NCBI GenBank assembly: GCA_945638575.1
Contig: CALZDP010000004.1
Span: 8,485 to 72,484 of the forward strand
Length of the DNA: 64,000 nucleotides
Origin: an uncultured Clostridia bacterium
Lineage (GTDB): Bacteria > Bacillota > Clostridia > Christensenellales > Borkfalkiaceae
Direction: 5' to 3'
Position numbers and translations under genes: made by a program. Below are positions 37,428 to 47,462 of this stretch, one piece after another. The notes beneath the pieces are model-generated. The model made no database searches and had not been told where the DNA came from. It saw nothing but the letters and a program-made list of their open reading frames with translations. Position 1 is the stretch's first letter, and every line of letters starts with the position of its first letter.

Positions 37428-37685
37428 AAATTACCTTGGTTTTTATAAGTTTGCCCATTAAGGTCGGCTTCGCCGACAGCGTCGGCAAAGCCGACAATTA
37501 AAAATTAAGAATTAAGAATTGCGGTATTGGAGTAATTATTGAAGTGCGATTACATCGCACGACCATTCCGCCCTGCGAACAAGTTCGCTTTCCTCCTTTG
37601 CTACATACGAAGGCTTTGTCCTTCAAATTAAGAATTACGGTCGGAAAATAATTATATAAAACGCCGAAGCAAACTCAAACTTAAA
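37428..37685 (-). repeat. Structured repeat element B, occupying the ntpB-ntpD intercistronic spacer
   Basis: Contains AATTAAGAATTAAGAATTGCGGTATTGGAGTAATTAT (37504-37539) and AATAATTATATAAAACGCCGAAGCAAACTCAAAC (37646-37680). Both match element A in inverted orientation. It also has twin hairpins GTCGGC-TTC-GCCGAC and GTCGGC-AAA-GCCGAC (37463-37495), plus GTGCGAT-TAC-ATCGCAC and GCGAAC-AA-GTTCGC. Confidence 0.7.
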
Positions 37686-39074
37686 TTATTCGTTTAAATA
37701 TTTTTCGATATACTTTTCTTTAATACGTTTTAACTCGGACTTGGGCAAAATTTTAAGAAGTTTCCAACCTAAATTCAAAGTTTCTTCGATAGGTCTGTCG
37801 GTATTTGTTCCTTGCGAAACGTATTCCTTTTCAAACTTATCGGCAAATTCCGCATACAGTCTGTCGGTAGGGGTAAGCGCGGCGTCGCCCAAAATGGCGG
37901 CAAGTTCTTTACTTTCCTTACCTTTTGCGTAAGCAGAGAAAAGTTGGTTCATTGTATCTGCGTGATCTTCCCTTGTCTTGCCTTCGCCGATACCCTTATC
38001 TTTAAGACGGGAAAGGGACGGAAGTACGTCTATAGGCGGATTAACGCCACGTTTATAAAGTTCCCTTGACAAAATAATCTGTCCTTCCGTAATATAACCG
38101 GTAAGGTCGGGGATGGGGTGCGTTTTATCGTCTTCCGGCATGGTAAGAATAGGAATTTGAGTTATAGATCCCTTTTTACCTTTGATTCTGCCGGCGCGTT
38201 CATACAGCGTTGCTAAGTCGGTATATAGATAGCCGGGGTAACCGCGGCGGCCGGGTACTTCCTTTCTTGCTGCGGAAACTTCACGCAAGGCTTCGGCGTA
38301 GTTGGTGATGTCGGTAATGATTACCAAAACGTGCATACCTAAGTCAAAAGCCAGATATTCCGCGCAGGTAAGCGCCATACGGGGGGTAGCAATACGTTCT
38401 ACCGCAGGGTCGTTTGCCAAGTTTGTGAAAAGTACCGTTCTTTCGATAGCGCCCGTTCTTCTGAAGTCGTTAATGAAATACTCGGCTTCTTCAAAAGTAA
38501 TACCTACGGCGGCAAATACAACCGCGAACTTTTCGCCCGATCTAACCTTTGCCTGACGGGCAATTTGAGCGGCAAGTTCGGCATGATTAAGACCGCTCAT
38601 GGAAAATACAGGTAATTTTTGTCCCCTTACCAAAGTGTTAAGGCCGTCTATTGCGGAAATACCCGTTTGAATAAACTCGTTGGGATAGTCGCGAGCCGCA
38701 GGGTTAATAGGTTCGCCGTTTATGTCCATTCTCTTTTTGGGAATAATGGGCGCACCGCCGTCACGGGGGTTACCCATACCGTCGAAAACTCTGCCAAGCA
38801 TATCCTCGGAAACGCCGAGTTCCTGACTTCTGCCTAAAAATCTTGCTTTGGAAGTGGAAATTTGCAGTCCGTTAGAGGATTCAAAAAGTTGAACGACGGC
38901 TTTGTCGTCTTTTACTTCCAAAACCTTGCCCATTCTGACGTTGCCGTCTTTTTGGGTGATTTCCACAAGTTCGTTATATTTAACCCCTTCGACTCCCTCA
39001 ACGAGCATTAAAGGACCTACTACTTCCTTAATGGTTTTATACTCTTTATACATCTTCTCTTCCTCCGCGGGCAA
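37686..39074 (-). CDS. ntpB: V-type ATP synthase subunit B
   Basis: 462 aa with full-length similarity to V/A-type B subunits (e.g. [34 protein letters not shown]). The real start is probably the internal [11 protein letters not shown] (about 39052), which reduces the overlap with ntpA. Confidence 0.95.
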   Translation of the reverse strand: MPAEEEKMYKEYKTIKEVVGPLMLVEGVEGVKYNELVEITQKDGNVRMGKVLEVKDDKAVVQLFESSNGLQISTSKARFLGRSQELGVSEDMLGRVFDGMGNPRDGGAPIIPKKRMDINGEPINPAARDYPNEFIQTGISAIDGLNTLVRGQKLPVFSMSGLNHAELAAQIARQAKVRSGEKFAVVFAAVGITFEEAEYFINDFRRTGAIERTVLFTNLANDPAVERIATPRMALTCAEYLAFDLGMHVLVIITDITNYAEALREVSAARKEVPGRRGYPGYLYTDLATLYERAGRIKGKKGSITQIPILTMPEDDKTHPIPDLTGYITEGQIILSRELYKRGVNPPIDVLPSLSRLKDKGIGEGKTREDHADTMNQLFSAYAKGKESKELAAILGDAALTPTDRLYAEFADKFEKEYVSQGTNTDRPIEETLNLGWKLLKILPKSELKRIKEKYIEKYLNE

Positions 39075-40815
39075 CCGCTTTAAGTTCGGATATTAAGTCG
39101 GTAAGAATTTTATCGAGTTCGTCGATATCCTTTTCTTCGACGTATTTTGCCCTGCCTATCCTTTCCGCGGAAGGAACGCCTAAAATTTCATCAAGTTCGG
39201 CGTAACTGTCTACCGCGCGGTTGGCATAAACGTAGAAGGCATTTATCAGTTTTATCATCTTATACTGCTTTTCAAGGGTGGTATAAGTATCTGTTTCGTG
39301 GAAGGCGTTTTGGTGCAGATAGTCTTCCCTTATCATCTTAGCCGTTTCCATAGTGATACGGTCGCGGTAAGATAAAGAATCCATACCGACAAGTCTGACG
39401 ATTTCGTCCAAAGCGGCTTCTTCCTGTAAAATCTTCATGGTGAAAGTTCTCAATTCGGGGAAATCGTTTGCGACGTTTTCCTTGTACCAATCCGCCATTT
39501 TGTCCGCATAAAGGGAATAACTCACCAACCAGTCGATTGCCGGGAAGTGGCGTTTGTACGCAAGCGAGGCGGAAAGCCCCCAGAAAACTTTAACGATACG
39601 CAACGTCGCCTGTGAAACAGGTTCGGACAGGTCGCCGCCCGGAGGGGATACGGCACCGATTGCCGTAACCGAACCTATTTTATCGGTACTGCCTAAAACC
39701 TTGACTATACCTGCCCTTTCATAAAATTCGGCAAGTCTTGAAGACAGATATGCGGGGTAACCTTCGTCGCCGGGCATTTCTTCAAGTCTACCGCTGATTT
39801 CACGCAAGGCTTCCGCCCAACGGGAAGTAGAGTCTGCCATGATGGCGACCGAATACCCCATATCCCTAAAATATTCCGCAATGGTGATACCCGTATATAT
39901 CGAGGCTTCACGCGCGGCAACGGGCATATCGGAAGTATTGGCGATAAGAACGGTCCTTTTCATCAAAGGCTCGCCCGACTTCGGATCTTTAAGTTCCGGA
40001 AACTCGTTTAAAACGTCGGTCATTTCGTTACCGCGTTCACCGCAGCCTACGTAAACGATAATCTGTGCGTCCGCCCACTTGGCAAGTTGGTGCTGAACAA
40101 CCGTTTTACCGCTGCCGAAAGGTCCCGGTACGGCGGCGCAACCGCCTTTCGCTATCGGGAAAAGCATATCTATAACCCTTTGTCCCGTAACCATAGGCAT
40201 TTCGGGCGAGAGTTTTTCTTTATACTTACGGGCGCGGCGGACGGGCCATTTACGCATCATGGGAACTTCCCTTTTGCCATTTTCCGTTTCAATAACCGCA
40301 ATAGGCTCTAATACGTTGAAACTTCCGCTTTTAATGGAAACAAGTTTGCCGTTAACGCCTTCGGGAACCATAACGGAATGGCGAACGATAGAAGTTTCCT
40401 GAACGAAACCAAGTTCGTCGCCGACGGTCATTACGTCGCCTATTTTAGCGGTTGCAACAAAATCCCATTTCTTTTCATGGTCGATGTTGTTTATGACTAT
40501 CCCGCGGGAAATTCTGTCGCCGTACTTTTCGACAAGTTTATTGAGCGGTCTTTGAATTCCGTCGAAAATACCTTCGATTAGACCGGGGGCTAATTCAACG
40601 GACAACGGCGCGCCGGTGGATACCACTTTGTCGCCTACGCCCAAACCTGCGGTTTCTTCGTAAACTTCGATAGAGGCTTTGTCTCCGCGAAGTTCGATTA
40701 TTTCGCCGATAAGTCCTAATTCGCCAACCCTTACCACGTCGAACATTTTGCAGTCAGCCATGTTCTCGGCAACGATAAGGGGTCCGGCAACCTTTACTAT
40801 TCTGCCTTCTTGCAT
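39046..40815 (-). CDS. ntpA: V-type ATP synthase catalytic subunit A
   Basis: 589 aa, Walker [18 protein letters not shown], and the non-homologous insert typical of A subunits. Confidence 0.97.
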   Translation of the reverse strand: MQEGRIVKVAGPLIVAENMADCKMFDVVRVGELGLIGEIIELRGDKASIEVYEETAGLGVGDKVVSTGAPLSVELAPGLIEGIFDGIQRPLNKLVEKYGDRISRGIVINNIDHEKKWDFVATAKIGDVMTVGDELGFVQETSIVRHSVMVPEGVNGKLVSIKSGSFNVLEPIAVIETENGKREVPMMRKWPVRRARKYKEKLSPEMPMVTGQRVIDMLFPIAKGGCAAVPGPFGSGKTVVQHQLAKWADAQIIVYVGCGERGNEMTDVLNEFPELKDPKSGEPLMKRTVLIANTSDMPVAAREASIYTGITIAEYFRDMGYSVAIMADSTSRWAEALREISGRLEEMPGDEGYPAYLSSRLAEFYERAGIVKVLGSTDKIGSVTAIGAVSPPGGDLSEPVSQATLRIVKVFWGLSASLAYKRHFPAIDWLVSYSLYADKMADWYKENVANDFPELRTFTMKILQEEAALDEIVRLVGMDSLSYRDRITMETAKMIREDYLHQNAFHETDTYTTLEKQYKMIKLINAFYVYANRAVDSYAELDEILGVPSAERIGRAKYVEEKDIDELDKILTDLISELKAVARGGREDV

Positions 40816-41136
40816 TTATTTGTCCTCTCTTCCGAATAATATGTCTACGCCCAAAGCACTTTCCATTGCCGAGCGCAATAATTCCATTCCGTAATCACCA
40901 TCGCCGTCCGGCACCGGTATTATAATAGGATATGCGGATTCGTTAAAACGTTTTAAGTATGCGGAAAGTTCTCTGCAAAAACCGTCCGTTATAAAAATAA
41001 CGGCGTAGTCTTTGGCGAGAGTTCTCAACTTTTCGCGCGCTTTTTCCGCACTGTTTACGGTAAATGCGTCGACGCCGCCCGCTTTAAATGCCAAAACGTT
41101 GTCTCCGCTGCCGATTATAGCCATTTTTCCTGTCAT
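40816..41136 (-). CDS. V-type ATP synthase subunit F
   Basis: 106 aa, MAIIGSGDNVLAFKAGGVD pattern, positioned between the C and A subunit genes. Confidence 0.85.
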   Translation of the reverse strand: MTGKMAIIGSGDNVLAFKAGGVDAFTVNSAEKAREKLRTLAKDYAVIFITDGFCRELSAYLKRFNESAYPIIIPVPDGDGDYGMELLRSAMESALGVDILFGREDK

Positions 41137-41154
41137 AGATTTTTCCTTAATTTA

Positions 41155-42111
41155 TCAGTAACTTTCACGCAACTTGTTTTTGATAACCGCTTTATCGATT
41201 CCGCTTCTTAAACTAACCATTACAATCCTTACGTTTTTAAGGTCTGCCTTTCTGTAAGAAACATACAGTAAATAGGGCTCCGTACCGCGGTTAAAAAATC
41301 TGTTTTCTTTAAGTTTTGAAAGGTTGTAACTTTCCGCAAGTTTTTCATACCCCGTTAAAGGATTGCCTATATCGTCGACCGCTTTTAAAATAAAATCGTA
41401 TAAATCGTTAAGTTTAAAAGCCTCGGTTATTTTGCCCTTGTCCTTACCCGATAAAAGGGCTTCCTGCTCGCAACTCAAAGTGCCGTAAGGGAGTTTCATG
41501 CTTTGGTATTCTTCTAAACTTTCGCACCTTAATAATACGGAAATATTTTTAAGGTCGACTTCCCTTTCGATAAACTTTTTGACGTTTTTATCCTTAACCA
41601 AACGTTGCATGGCTTTGTAGCAATATTTTAAAAAGACCGTATCCACCATAGCGCCGCTCGGGGCTTCGCCGTCGAAAAGTTTTTCCGCTTCCGTAAAAGC
41701 CTCGTTTAGTTCAGTAATCGCGCAAGGCTTACCCTCTAACGCCTTTTTTACTTCCGATATGGAAAGAGCGCCTTCGTGCGTCAAATACTTTTCTTCAAGA
41801 CCGAGTTTTTTGCACTTGAAAAGAGCCTCTCCGTTCATAAAGTCGTAAGGCAATAGAAAATAATATTTTGCGCCGCCTTTGGGGGCGTAGTCTTTTATAA
41901 AATCGATAAGATCTTCTTCTTCGGCGTAGATAAGTTCATTAAGACCGTCGCCTTCTTGCGCGGTCTTGCCAAACCCGTATTCACGCAAAAGTTTTAATCC
42001 TTCTTCATAACTGCCCGAATCTATAAGCCTTAAATACTTATCCTTCCCAAGCAAAAACTTTTCGCGGGATTTACAGGCAGCGTCGATAAACAAAATATCT
42101 TTCTGCATCAT
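41155..42111 (-). CDS. ntpC: V-type ATP synthase subunit C (d-like)
   Basis: 318 aa helical protein at the C position of the E. hirae-type ntp operon order. Confidence 0.8.
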   Translation of the reverse strand: MMQKDILFIDAACKSREKFLLGKDKYLRLIDSGSYEEGLKLLREYGFGKTAQEGDGLNELIYAEEEDLIDFIKDYAPKGGAKYYFLLPYDFMNGEALFKCKKLGLEEKYLTHEGALSISEVKKALEGKPCAITELNEAFTEAEKLFDGEAPSGAMVDTVFLKYCYKAMQRLVKDKNVKKFIEREVDLKNISVLLRCESLEEYQSMKLPYGTLSCEQEALLSGKDKGKITEAFKLNDLYDFILKAVDDIGNPLTGYEKLAESYNLSKLKENRFFNRGTEPYLLYVSYRKADLKNVRIVMVSLRSGIDKAVIKNKLRESY

Positions 42112-42119
42112 TTTTTAAA

Positions 42120-42692
42120 TCAATCGAAAAGTTTTTCCGCAACAAAAGTTTCATACCTTTCCTTAAGTCCGTCGATTATGGCTTCAAAACTTAAGTTTAT
42201 GTCGGAATTTTGACTTTCGATTACAATACCGCCGTTAAAATTACCGCCGTCCGCAACCTTTAAACCGAGTTCTTTTACCACCTCGAAATTATAAACTTCG
42301 CCTTTACTGAAAGGGCAGTTTTTAGGTATGACAACGGTTGCGCCTTTTTGGGCGTTTTCCTTAATTAAACGGCAGATAATCGACTTATAGGTCGACTTAT
42401 CCAGTTTGTTTAATTTTTCGAGCGCGTTTAAAAAGACTTCCGAGACCGCTTCGGTTTTTTTAGACAAATAAAGTTTTTTACCGTCTAACGAAGCAACGAC
42501 TTTTCTTCTTCTTATAGTTTCGGCTTCTTCATCGCAAAACTCTTTACGGGCGGACGTCAAAATCTCTTCCGCATTTTTTTGTGCGGAAGATATCGCCATA
42601 CGATAGTCGTTGTCTGCTTTATCGGTAACTTCCGTTTTATAAAGATCGGCGTCTTTTAAAATTTGCTCTATAATTTTATCTTTTCCGTCCAT
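42120..42692 (-). CDS. ntpE: V-type ATP synthase subunit E
   Basis: 190 aa with an N-terminal long helix and a C-terminal globular part; operon position. Confidence 0.8.
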   Translation of the reverse strand: MDGKDKIIEQILKDADLYKTEVTDKADNDYRMAISSAQKNAEEILTSARKEFCDEEAETIRRRKVVASLDGKKLYLSKKTEAVSEVFLNALEKLNKLDKSTYKSIICRLIKENAQKGATVVIPKNCPFSKGEVYNFEVVKELGLKVADGGNFNGGIVIESQNSDINLSFEAIIDGLKERYETFVAEKLFD

Positions 42693-42698
42693 GTCGAA

Positions 42699-43136
42699 TT
42701 ATAACAGCATTATCGAGATAACAAGTGCCAAAATAGCGTAAGTTTCTACCATTGCGGGGAAAAGTATAAGTTTACCGGAAATAGTTTCGTTTTTGGAAAT
42801 TGCCAATATACCGGCAACTGAAGTCAGCCCTTGGAATATTGCCGATAAAAAGCCGACAATAGTCAAAGGAAGTACCGTAAAGAATACAGACCAACCTGCC
42901 GCAACCGTCATATCCGCAACGACGCTGTTGCTTCCTAAAATGGCAAGTACGAAACCGTAAATACCCTGCGTTGCGGGAAGAACGGATAAAACCAAAACTT
43001 TAGAGAACTTTTTACCGTCTTCGGCAAGAACGCCTGCCGCGGCGGAACCGGTTTTCCATAAAGCAATGGCACTGCCTGCGCCGCAAAGAACTACGCACAA
43101 TGCAAGACCGAGTAAAGCAATTGATTGACCATCCAT
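42699..43136 (-). CDS. ntpK: V-type ATP synthase proteolipid subunit K (4-TM duplicated c subunit)
   Basis: 145 aa. LPATQGIYGF, SAIFQG and AMVETYAIL closely match E. hirae NtpK LPGTQGLYGF, SGIAQG and AMVETYAIL. Confidence 0.9.
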   Translation of the reverse strand: MDGQSIALLGLALCVVLCGAGSAIALWKTGSAAAGVLAEDGKKFSKVLVLSVLPATQGIYGFVLAILGSNSVVADMTVAAGWSVFFTVLPLTIVGFLSAIFQGLTSVAGILAISKNETISGKLILFPAMVETYAILALVISIMLL

Positions 43137-43255
43137 AAATATTACCTCCGATTGTTTCCAATCATTTTTTTTATTATTTTAACGGCTTTCGCCGATTTTT
43201 TTATGTTATTTTTTATATTTTTCGGTTAGTTAATTTTGCAAGTTGACCGATAATT

Positions 43256-45205
43256 TTATTTGTCGGCAAAATAAATATTGTCGAACTTCGTTCCGAAAGG
43301 TTGGAAAAGTTCCCCTTCGCCTTCGTAGAATCTTCCGTAGAATTCAATGTACTGCAATCTTGAATCGTGAATGTACGCGCCCAATAAACCCATTGCTATA
43401 TTGAACACGTGTCCGATTATGAGTATCAAAACGCCTACTATCGACATCGCGCCGTGCATCATCGGAAGCGACATTGAAGTTACTATCTGCGCTATCTGCG
43501 CGCCGGAAAGCATTAAACCGTAAAGCCTTGCGTAACTTAAAATATCCGACATATAGTTGATAAGTCCGTATACCGCGGAAAAACTTTTTGAAACCTTTCC
43601 GAAGCCTTTTTCGTGCCTGCCGGCGGTCAATGCGCCGACGACTACCGAAACGCCCATTATGATTGCGGAAGCCGTTGTTAATCCGTGGGTTACGCCGGCA
43701 AGATCCAATACAAGAAGTATAAGTCCGCCTAAGAACACCGCCCAAACAACGCCGTCGAAGATTCCGTCTAAAATATTTCCATTGCTAAAGCACGCCGCGG
43801 CTTTCATAAGTAAACTTGCCATAATCTGCACTACGCCCATACCCAAACTTAGCAAAAGCAGGGTGGGAACGGAAATACCTGCAACGTCTAATTTGTGGTT
43901 TATGGCATCGGGCATAATGGGTTGACTTAACAGCCCCAACTGTCTTAAAAGGCCGTAGCCGAAGAAACTGTCGAACAGCACACCGAAGATAAAGGTAAAA
44001 ATTCCGCCGAAAGCAATAATATTGCACAGCCTTGCGGTGCCCGTATCCCTGCCGATTTTTTTCGCCATCAAATAACCGACAACCGTCATAATGATACCGT
44101 ATCCCATGTCCGCCATAATAAAGCCCATGAAAACGCTGAAGAATATCATCATTATAAAGTTTTGGTCGATGGTACCGTACTTCGGCGGTGAATAAAGGTT
44201 TGTAACGAACTCAAACTGACGGGTAACTTTATTGTTTTTCATAAGCGTCGGCGCAAATTCGTCTTTGCTTATTACTTCAAACTGCGTGTAAACCTTAACG
44301 CCTGCGTTTTTAAGCGCTTCTTCAACCCTTTCGGTCGCCTCGGTAGGAACGTAGGCTTCCATTAAAAAGGTGCTGTCCGTCCTGTCGAAACCTTTTTTGT
44401 CTTTACCCTTCTCAAGTTCGAAAGAATACCTGTCGAGAAGTATCTTCATATCCTTTAAACGGTCTGCGTAAGAAAGAATTCTTTGGTCAAGGACTAAAAG
44501 TTCTTTTTCCGTCTTTTTTATAAGGGAATTTAATTCGCCGACCTTGTCTTTTGCGGTAAAGTCGCCCGAAAAGGAAGTGCGGTTAAAGCCGTATGTCGAT
44601 AAAAGAGCAAGCGTTTCCGCCTCGTCTTTAACGTGATAAATAACCGAAACCACAGCCGTTATCGAATCGCAACATTCCAAATTAACGATGCAAGGGGCTT
44701 CTGTTTCCTCCAACGCTTTTGCTTGCGCGGTCTTCATAAGCCCTAATAAAACCTTTGTGTTAGCGGTATCTTTAAAAACGGAAAATTTAGATTTTAGCCC
44801 GATAAACGGCTTATAGGCGTTCATTTCGTTAACAAGCGACGCCATATCGGCTTTTAAATCCACCGTCTTTTTACTGATCTCATAAAGGTCGTCTACGATA
44901 GGATTTATTTCTTCTTCCAAAGAAAGCGCAGAAACAAAGTTGTCGTAAGTTACGCCGTAAACTTCTTCTTTGACAGGCTCTGCAGACTTATCGATTTTTG
45001 CGATACGATTTACGTTATTAAATAAAAAATCACAAGCAAAACTAAGTCTGTCGAATTTATCGACAAACAGGTCGCTGCTTTGTTCAGTTACGCTGTCGCT
45101 TGAGATTATCTGCACCGAACAGGTCTTGTGCAGAGCGGCAAGGATAGTATCTTCCTCGCTTTTAACGCCCACAAGCTTCATGCGGGACATTTTAGCAATC
45201 GCCAT
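43256..45205 (-). CDS. ntpI: V-type ATP synthase subunit I (a-like stator/proton-path subunit)
   Basis: 649 aa with a soluble N-terminal half, a polytopic C-terminal half, and the conserved YARLYGLMLSG arginine motif. Confidence 0.9.
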   Translation of the reverse strand: MAIAKMSRMKLVGVKSEEDTILAALHKTCSVQIISSDSVTEQSSDLFVDKFDRLSFACDFLFNNVNRIAKIDKSAEPVKEEVYGVTYDNFVSALSLEEEINPIVDDLYEISKKTVDLKADMASLVNEMNAYKPFIGLKSKFSVFKDTANTKVLLGLMKTAQAKALEETEAPCIVNLECCDSITAVVSVIYHVKDEAETLALLSTYGFNRTSFSGDFTAKDKVGELNSLIKKTEKELLVLDQRILSYADRLKDMKILLDRYSFELEKGKDKKGFDRTDSTFLMEAYVPTEATERVEEALKNAGVKVYTQFEVISKDEFAPTLMKNNKVTRQFEFVTNLYSPPKYGTIDQNFIMMIFFSVFMGFIMADMGYGIIMTVVGYLMAKKIGRDTGTARLCNIIAFGGIFTFIFGVLFDSFFGYGLLRQLGLLSQPIMPDAINHKLDVAGISVPTLLLLSLGMGVVQIMASLLMKAAACFSNGNILDGIFDGVVWAVFLGGLILLVLDLAGVTHGLTTASAIIMGVSVVVGALTAGRHEKGFGKVSKSFSAVYGLINYMSDILSYARLYGLMLSGAQIAQIVTSMSLPMMHGAMSIVGVLILIIGHVFNIAMGLLGAYIHDSRLQYIEFYGRFYEGEGELFQPFGTKFDNIYFADK

Positions 45206-45512
45206 TTATAACCTTCCCTACGATTTCATCGGATAATTCATTGATTTTTTGCAACAAAGAGTTGTAAAGCGCGTCGGAATCGTTTTTTGCGGTTGCAATA
45301 ATTTCGGCGTAAAGTTTTTCAACCTTTTTAGCGGTGGATACTTTATATTCCTTTTTAAGTTCTTTAACGGAGGCTTCCGCTTGCTTTAAAAGGGAATCGC
45401 ACTTTTCTTCGGCTTCTTTGCTTTTTTGCGTAGCGTATTCGTTCGCAGAAAGTCTTATTTCAGCCGCCTTTTCTTCGGCGAGTTTTATTTCTTCCAAAAC
45501 TTGTTCTATCAT
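45192..45512 (-). CDS. V-type ATP synthase subunit G/H-like coiled-coil stalk protein (first gene of the operon)
   Basis: 106 aa and K/E/A-rich helical. It occupies the position of E. hirae NtpF and overlaps ntpI by 14 nt. Confidence 0.65.
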   Translation of the reverse strand: MIEQVLEEIKLAEEKAAEIRLSANEYATQKSKEAEEKCDSLLKQAEASVKELKKEYKVSTAKKVEKLYAEIIATAKNDSDALYNSLLQKINELSDEIVGKVINGDC

Positions 45513-45710
45513 TGTTTGCCACCTTCGGCGAAAGTTTTAAATAAAAATCCGTCGTTACAGTTCATATGTATTTATGATAGCAAAAAATCAAAATTTTTAC
45601 AAGGCTTTTGGGCAATATTTTGTAATTTAACAGGTTTTTTAATATGTTAAGTTTTATTAAAAATTAGGTGAAAATTTTTTTCTTTTGCGATTTTTAACAA
45701 AATATGTCGT

Positions 45711-45735
45711 TAACGGGCTTATAGCCCTGCTTTTT
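45711..45735 (-). repeat. 24-nt motif copy, reverse orientation (TAACGGGCTTATAGCCCTGCTTTTT), upstream of the V-ATPase operon
   Basis: Read directly. Confidence 0.9.
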
Positions 45736-45747
45736 GTTTTTTTGGGC

Positions 45748-45792
45748 TTTAACTTATCTTATTTTTAAGTTTTAACTTATCCTATTTTTAAA
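45748..45792. repeat. Tandem direct repeat TTTAACTTATC(T/C)TATTTTTAA x2 in the divergent promoter region
   Basis: Read directly: tttaacttatcttatttttaag followed by ttttaacttatcctatttttaaa. It lies between the V-ATPase operon start (45512) and the CNNM gene (46008). Confidence 0.8.
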
Positions 45793-46007
45793 TGGAAAAC
45801 ACTGCGGCGGTAAAAAGTGGTTTTTACGTTAAAAATTTTTACGGCAAAACCTATTTAAGGCTATGCATTTAACTTTAAATAAATTTTAGCGTATAACACC
45901 GCAGATTTTACAATATCTTAATCAATAACACACAAAACAGTTTACTTTTTTATACAAATGTGCTAAAATAACCGATATATTCACAAAAGGAGTTTTTTTA
46001 TCAAGTT

Positions 46008-47360
46008 ATGCAACCCGAACCTGAGCCTGACAGTATGATTTTTGTGCAGTTATTCGTACTGATCATTCTTGTTTTGCTATCCTCTTTCTTTTCAGCGAGC
46101 GAAACCGCTTTTACCTCTATTAACCGTTCAAGGTTAAAAACCCGTATGCAAGACGACAAGCGCACGCCGTCGCAACAGAAAAGATCGGAAAAAGCGCTTA
46201 AAATGTCGGACGACTACGACAGAATTCTGTTCACACTTTTAATCGGCAACAACATCGTAAACATCACCGCAACCACCATCTGCACCTTGCTTTTCATAAA
46301 CATTATGAACGGAAGCGAGGTTGCGCCTACCGTTTCAACCATTGTGCTTACCGCCGTCATATTGATCTTCGGCGAAATTATCCCTAAGGCCCTTGCAAAA
46401 GAAAGGCCGGAAGCCTATGCGGAAACCTTTTGCGGACTTATTCAATTTTTTATCTATATATTGTGGCCGATTTGCATAATCTTCAGAGGTCTTAAAAAGT
46501 TACTTGTAAAAATCTTTAAACTTGAAAAAGCCGAAGGGGTTACCGAAGAGGAAATTCTTAACATCGTTGAAGAAGCAAGCGAAGACGGCGCGCTGAATAA
46601 AAGCGAGTCCGAACTTATTTCCAACGCCATAGAGTTTCACGATTGCGAGGTCGGTGAAATTTTAGTACCGCGCGTAAACGTCGTCGCTATCAAACTTGAT
46701 ACGCCGATGGAAAAAATTAAAACCGTGTTCTTGAAAAACGGATATTCTCGTTTGCCGGTTTACACAGACACTATCGACCGTATTGTCGGTATGGTACACG
46801 AAAAAGACTTTTTAAATTCGTTAGACCGCGGCGATAAAAATATTTCTTCCATTATTAAAAAGGTGGCTATCGCTACCGAACATATGAAGATTTCAACCCT
46901 GCTTAGGGTTTTCCAAAAATCCAAAGTACACATGGCTGTCGTCGTCGACGAATACGGCGGAACGCTCGGCATCGTTACCTTAGAGGACGTTTTGGAAGAA
47001 CTTGTCGGCGAGATTTGGGACGAGCACGACGAAGTTGTGGAATACTTTGAAAAGATTTCCGACAACACTTACCGTGTTGACGCCAACGCCGATTTAGGAG
47101 ACTTTTTCGAACTGTTTTCCATTGAAGCGGAAGACGATGATTTTGACTCTCAAACCGTAGGCGGTTGGGTTGTGGAAAAGTTGGGCGATATGCCGAAACG
47201 CAACTCTTCATTCGACTTTGAACATTTACACATCGTGGTTACGCGTTGCAGTCAAAGAAAGGTCGGCGAACTTAAAGTCGTCGTTTTGGACGAAGAGGCT
47301 TCCGACAAAGCGGAAACGGAAATTATGGAACAGGAAGAAACCATGCTCGATGACAATTAA
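46008..47360 (+). CDS. Hemolysin/CNNM family protein (DUF21 - CBS pair - CorC_HlyC)
   Basis: 450 aa: an N-terminal 4-TM DUF21 (SASETAFTS), CBS pair region, and C-terminal CorC_HlyC (GGWVVEKLGDMPK). Confidence 0.85.
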   Translation: MQPEPEPDSMIFVQLFVLIILVLLSSFFSASETAFTSINRSRLKTRMQDDKRTPSQQKRSEKALKMSDDYDRILFTLLIGNNIVNITATTICTLLFINIMNGSEVAPTVSTIVLTAVILIFGEIIPKALAKERPEAYAETFCGLIQFFIYILWPICIIFRGLKKLLVKIFKLEKAEGVTEEEILNIVEEASEDGALNKSESELISNAIEFHDCEVGEILVPRVNVVAIKLDTPMEKIKTVFLKNGYSRLPVYTDTIDRIVGMVHEKDFLNSLDRGDKNISSIIKKVAIATEHMKISTLLRVFQKSKVHMAVVVDEYGGTLGIVTLEDVLEELVGEIWDEHDEVVEYFEKISDNTYRVDANADLGDFFELFSIEAEDDDFDSQTVGGWVVEKLGDMPKRNSSFDFEHLHIVVTRCSQRKVGELKVVVLDEEASDKAETEIMEQEETMLDDN

Positions 47361-47386
47361 TTTTTAATAAACCAAATGCGTATTTT

Positions 47387-47414
47387 AAAAGGCTGCCGAC
47401 CGGTAGCCTTTTTC
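47387..47414 (+). terminator. Rho-independent terminator after the CNNM gene
   Basis: AAAGGCTGCCG-AC-CGGTAGCCTTT followed by TTCGTTT. Confidence 0.7.
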
Positions 47415-47462
47415 GTTTATCGCGCTTTTCCTTGCCCACTTTTAACCGCAAGGTATAAAGTT

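Noticed and set aside
30393-37685. Elements A and B as a Na+/cation riboswitch class, since both sit sense-oriented upstream of cation-related genes
   Set aside because: The near-identical AT-rich blocks and rearranged modular structure look like repeated or mobile DNA rather than an aptamer conserved only at key positions. I cannot recall consensus sequences well enough to match the DUF1646 or nhaA-I motifs. The idea is kept only as a remark.
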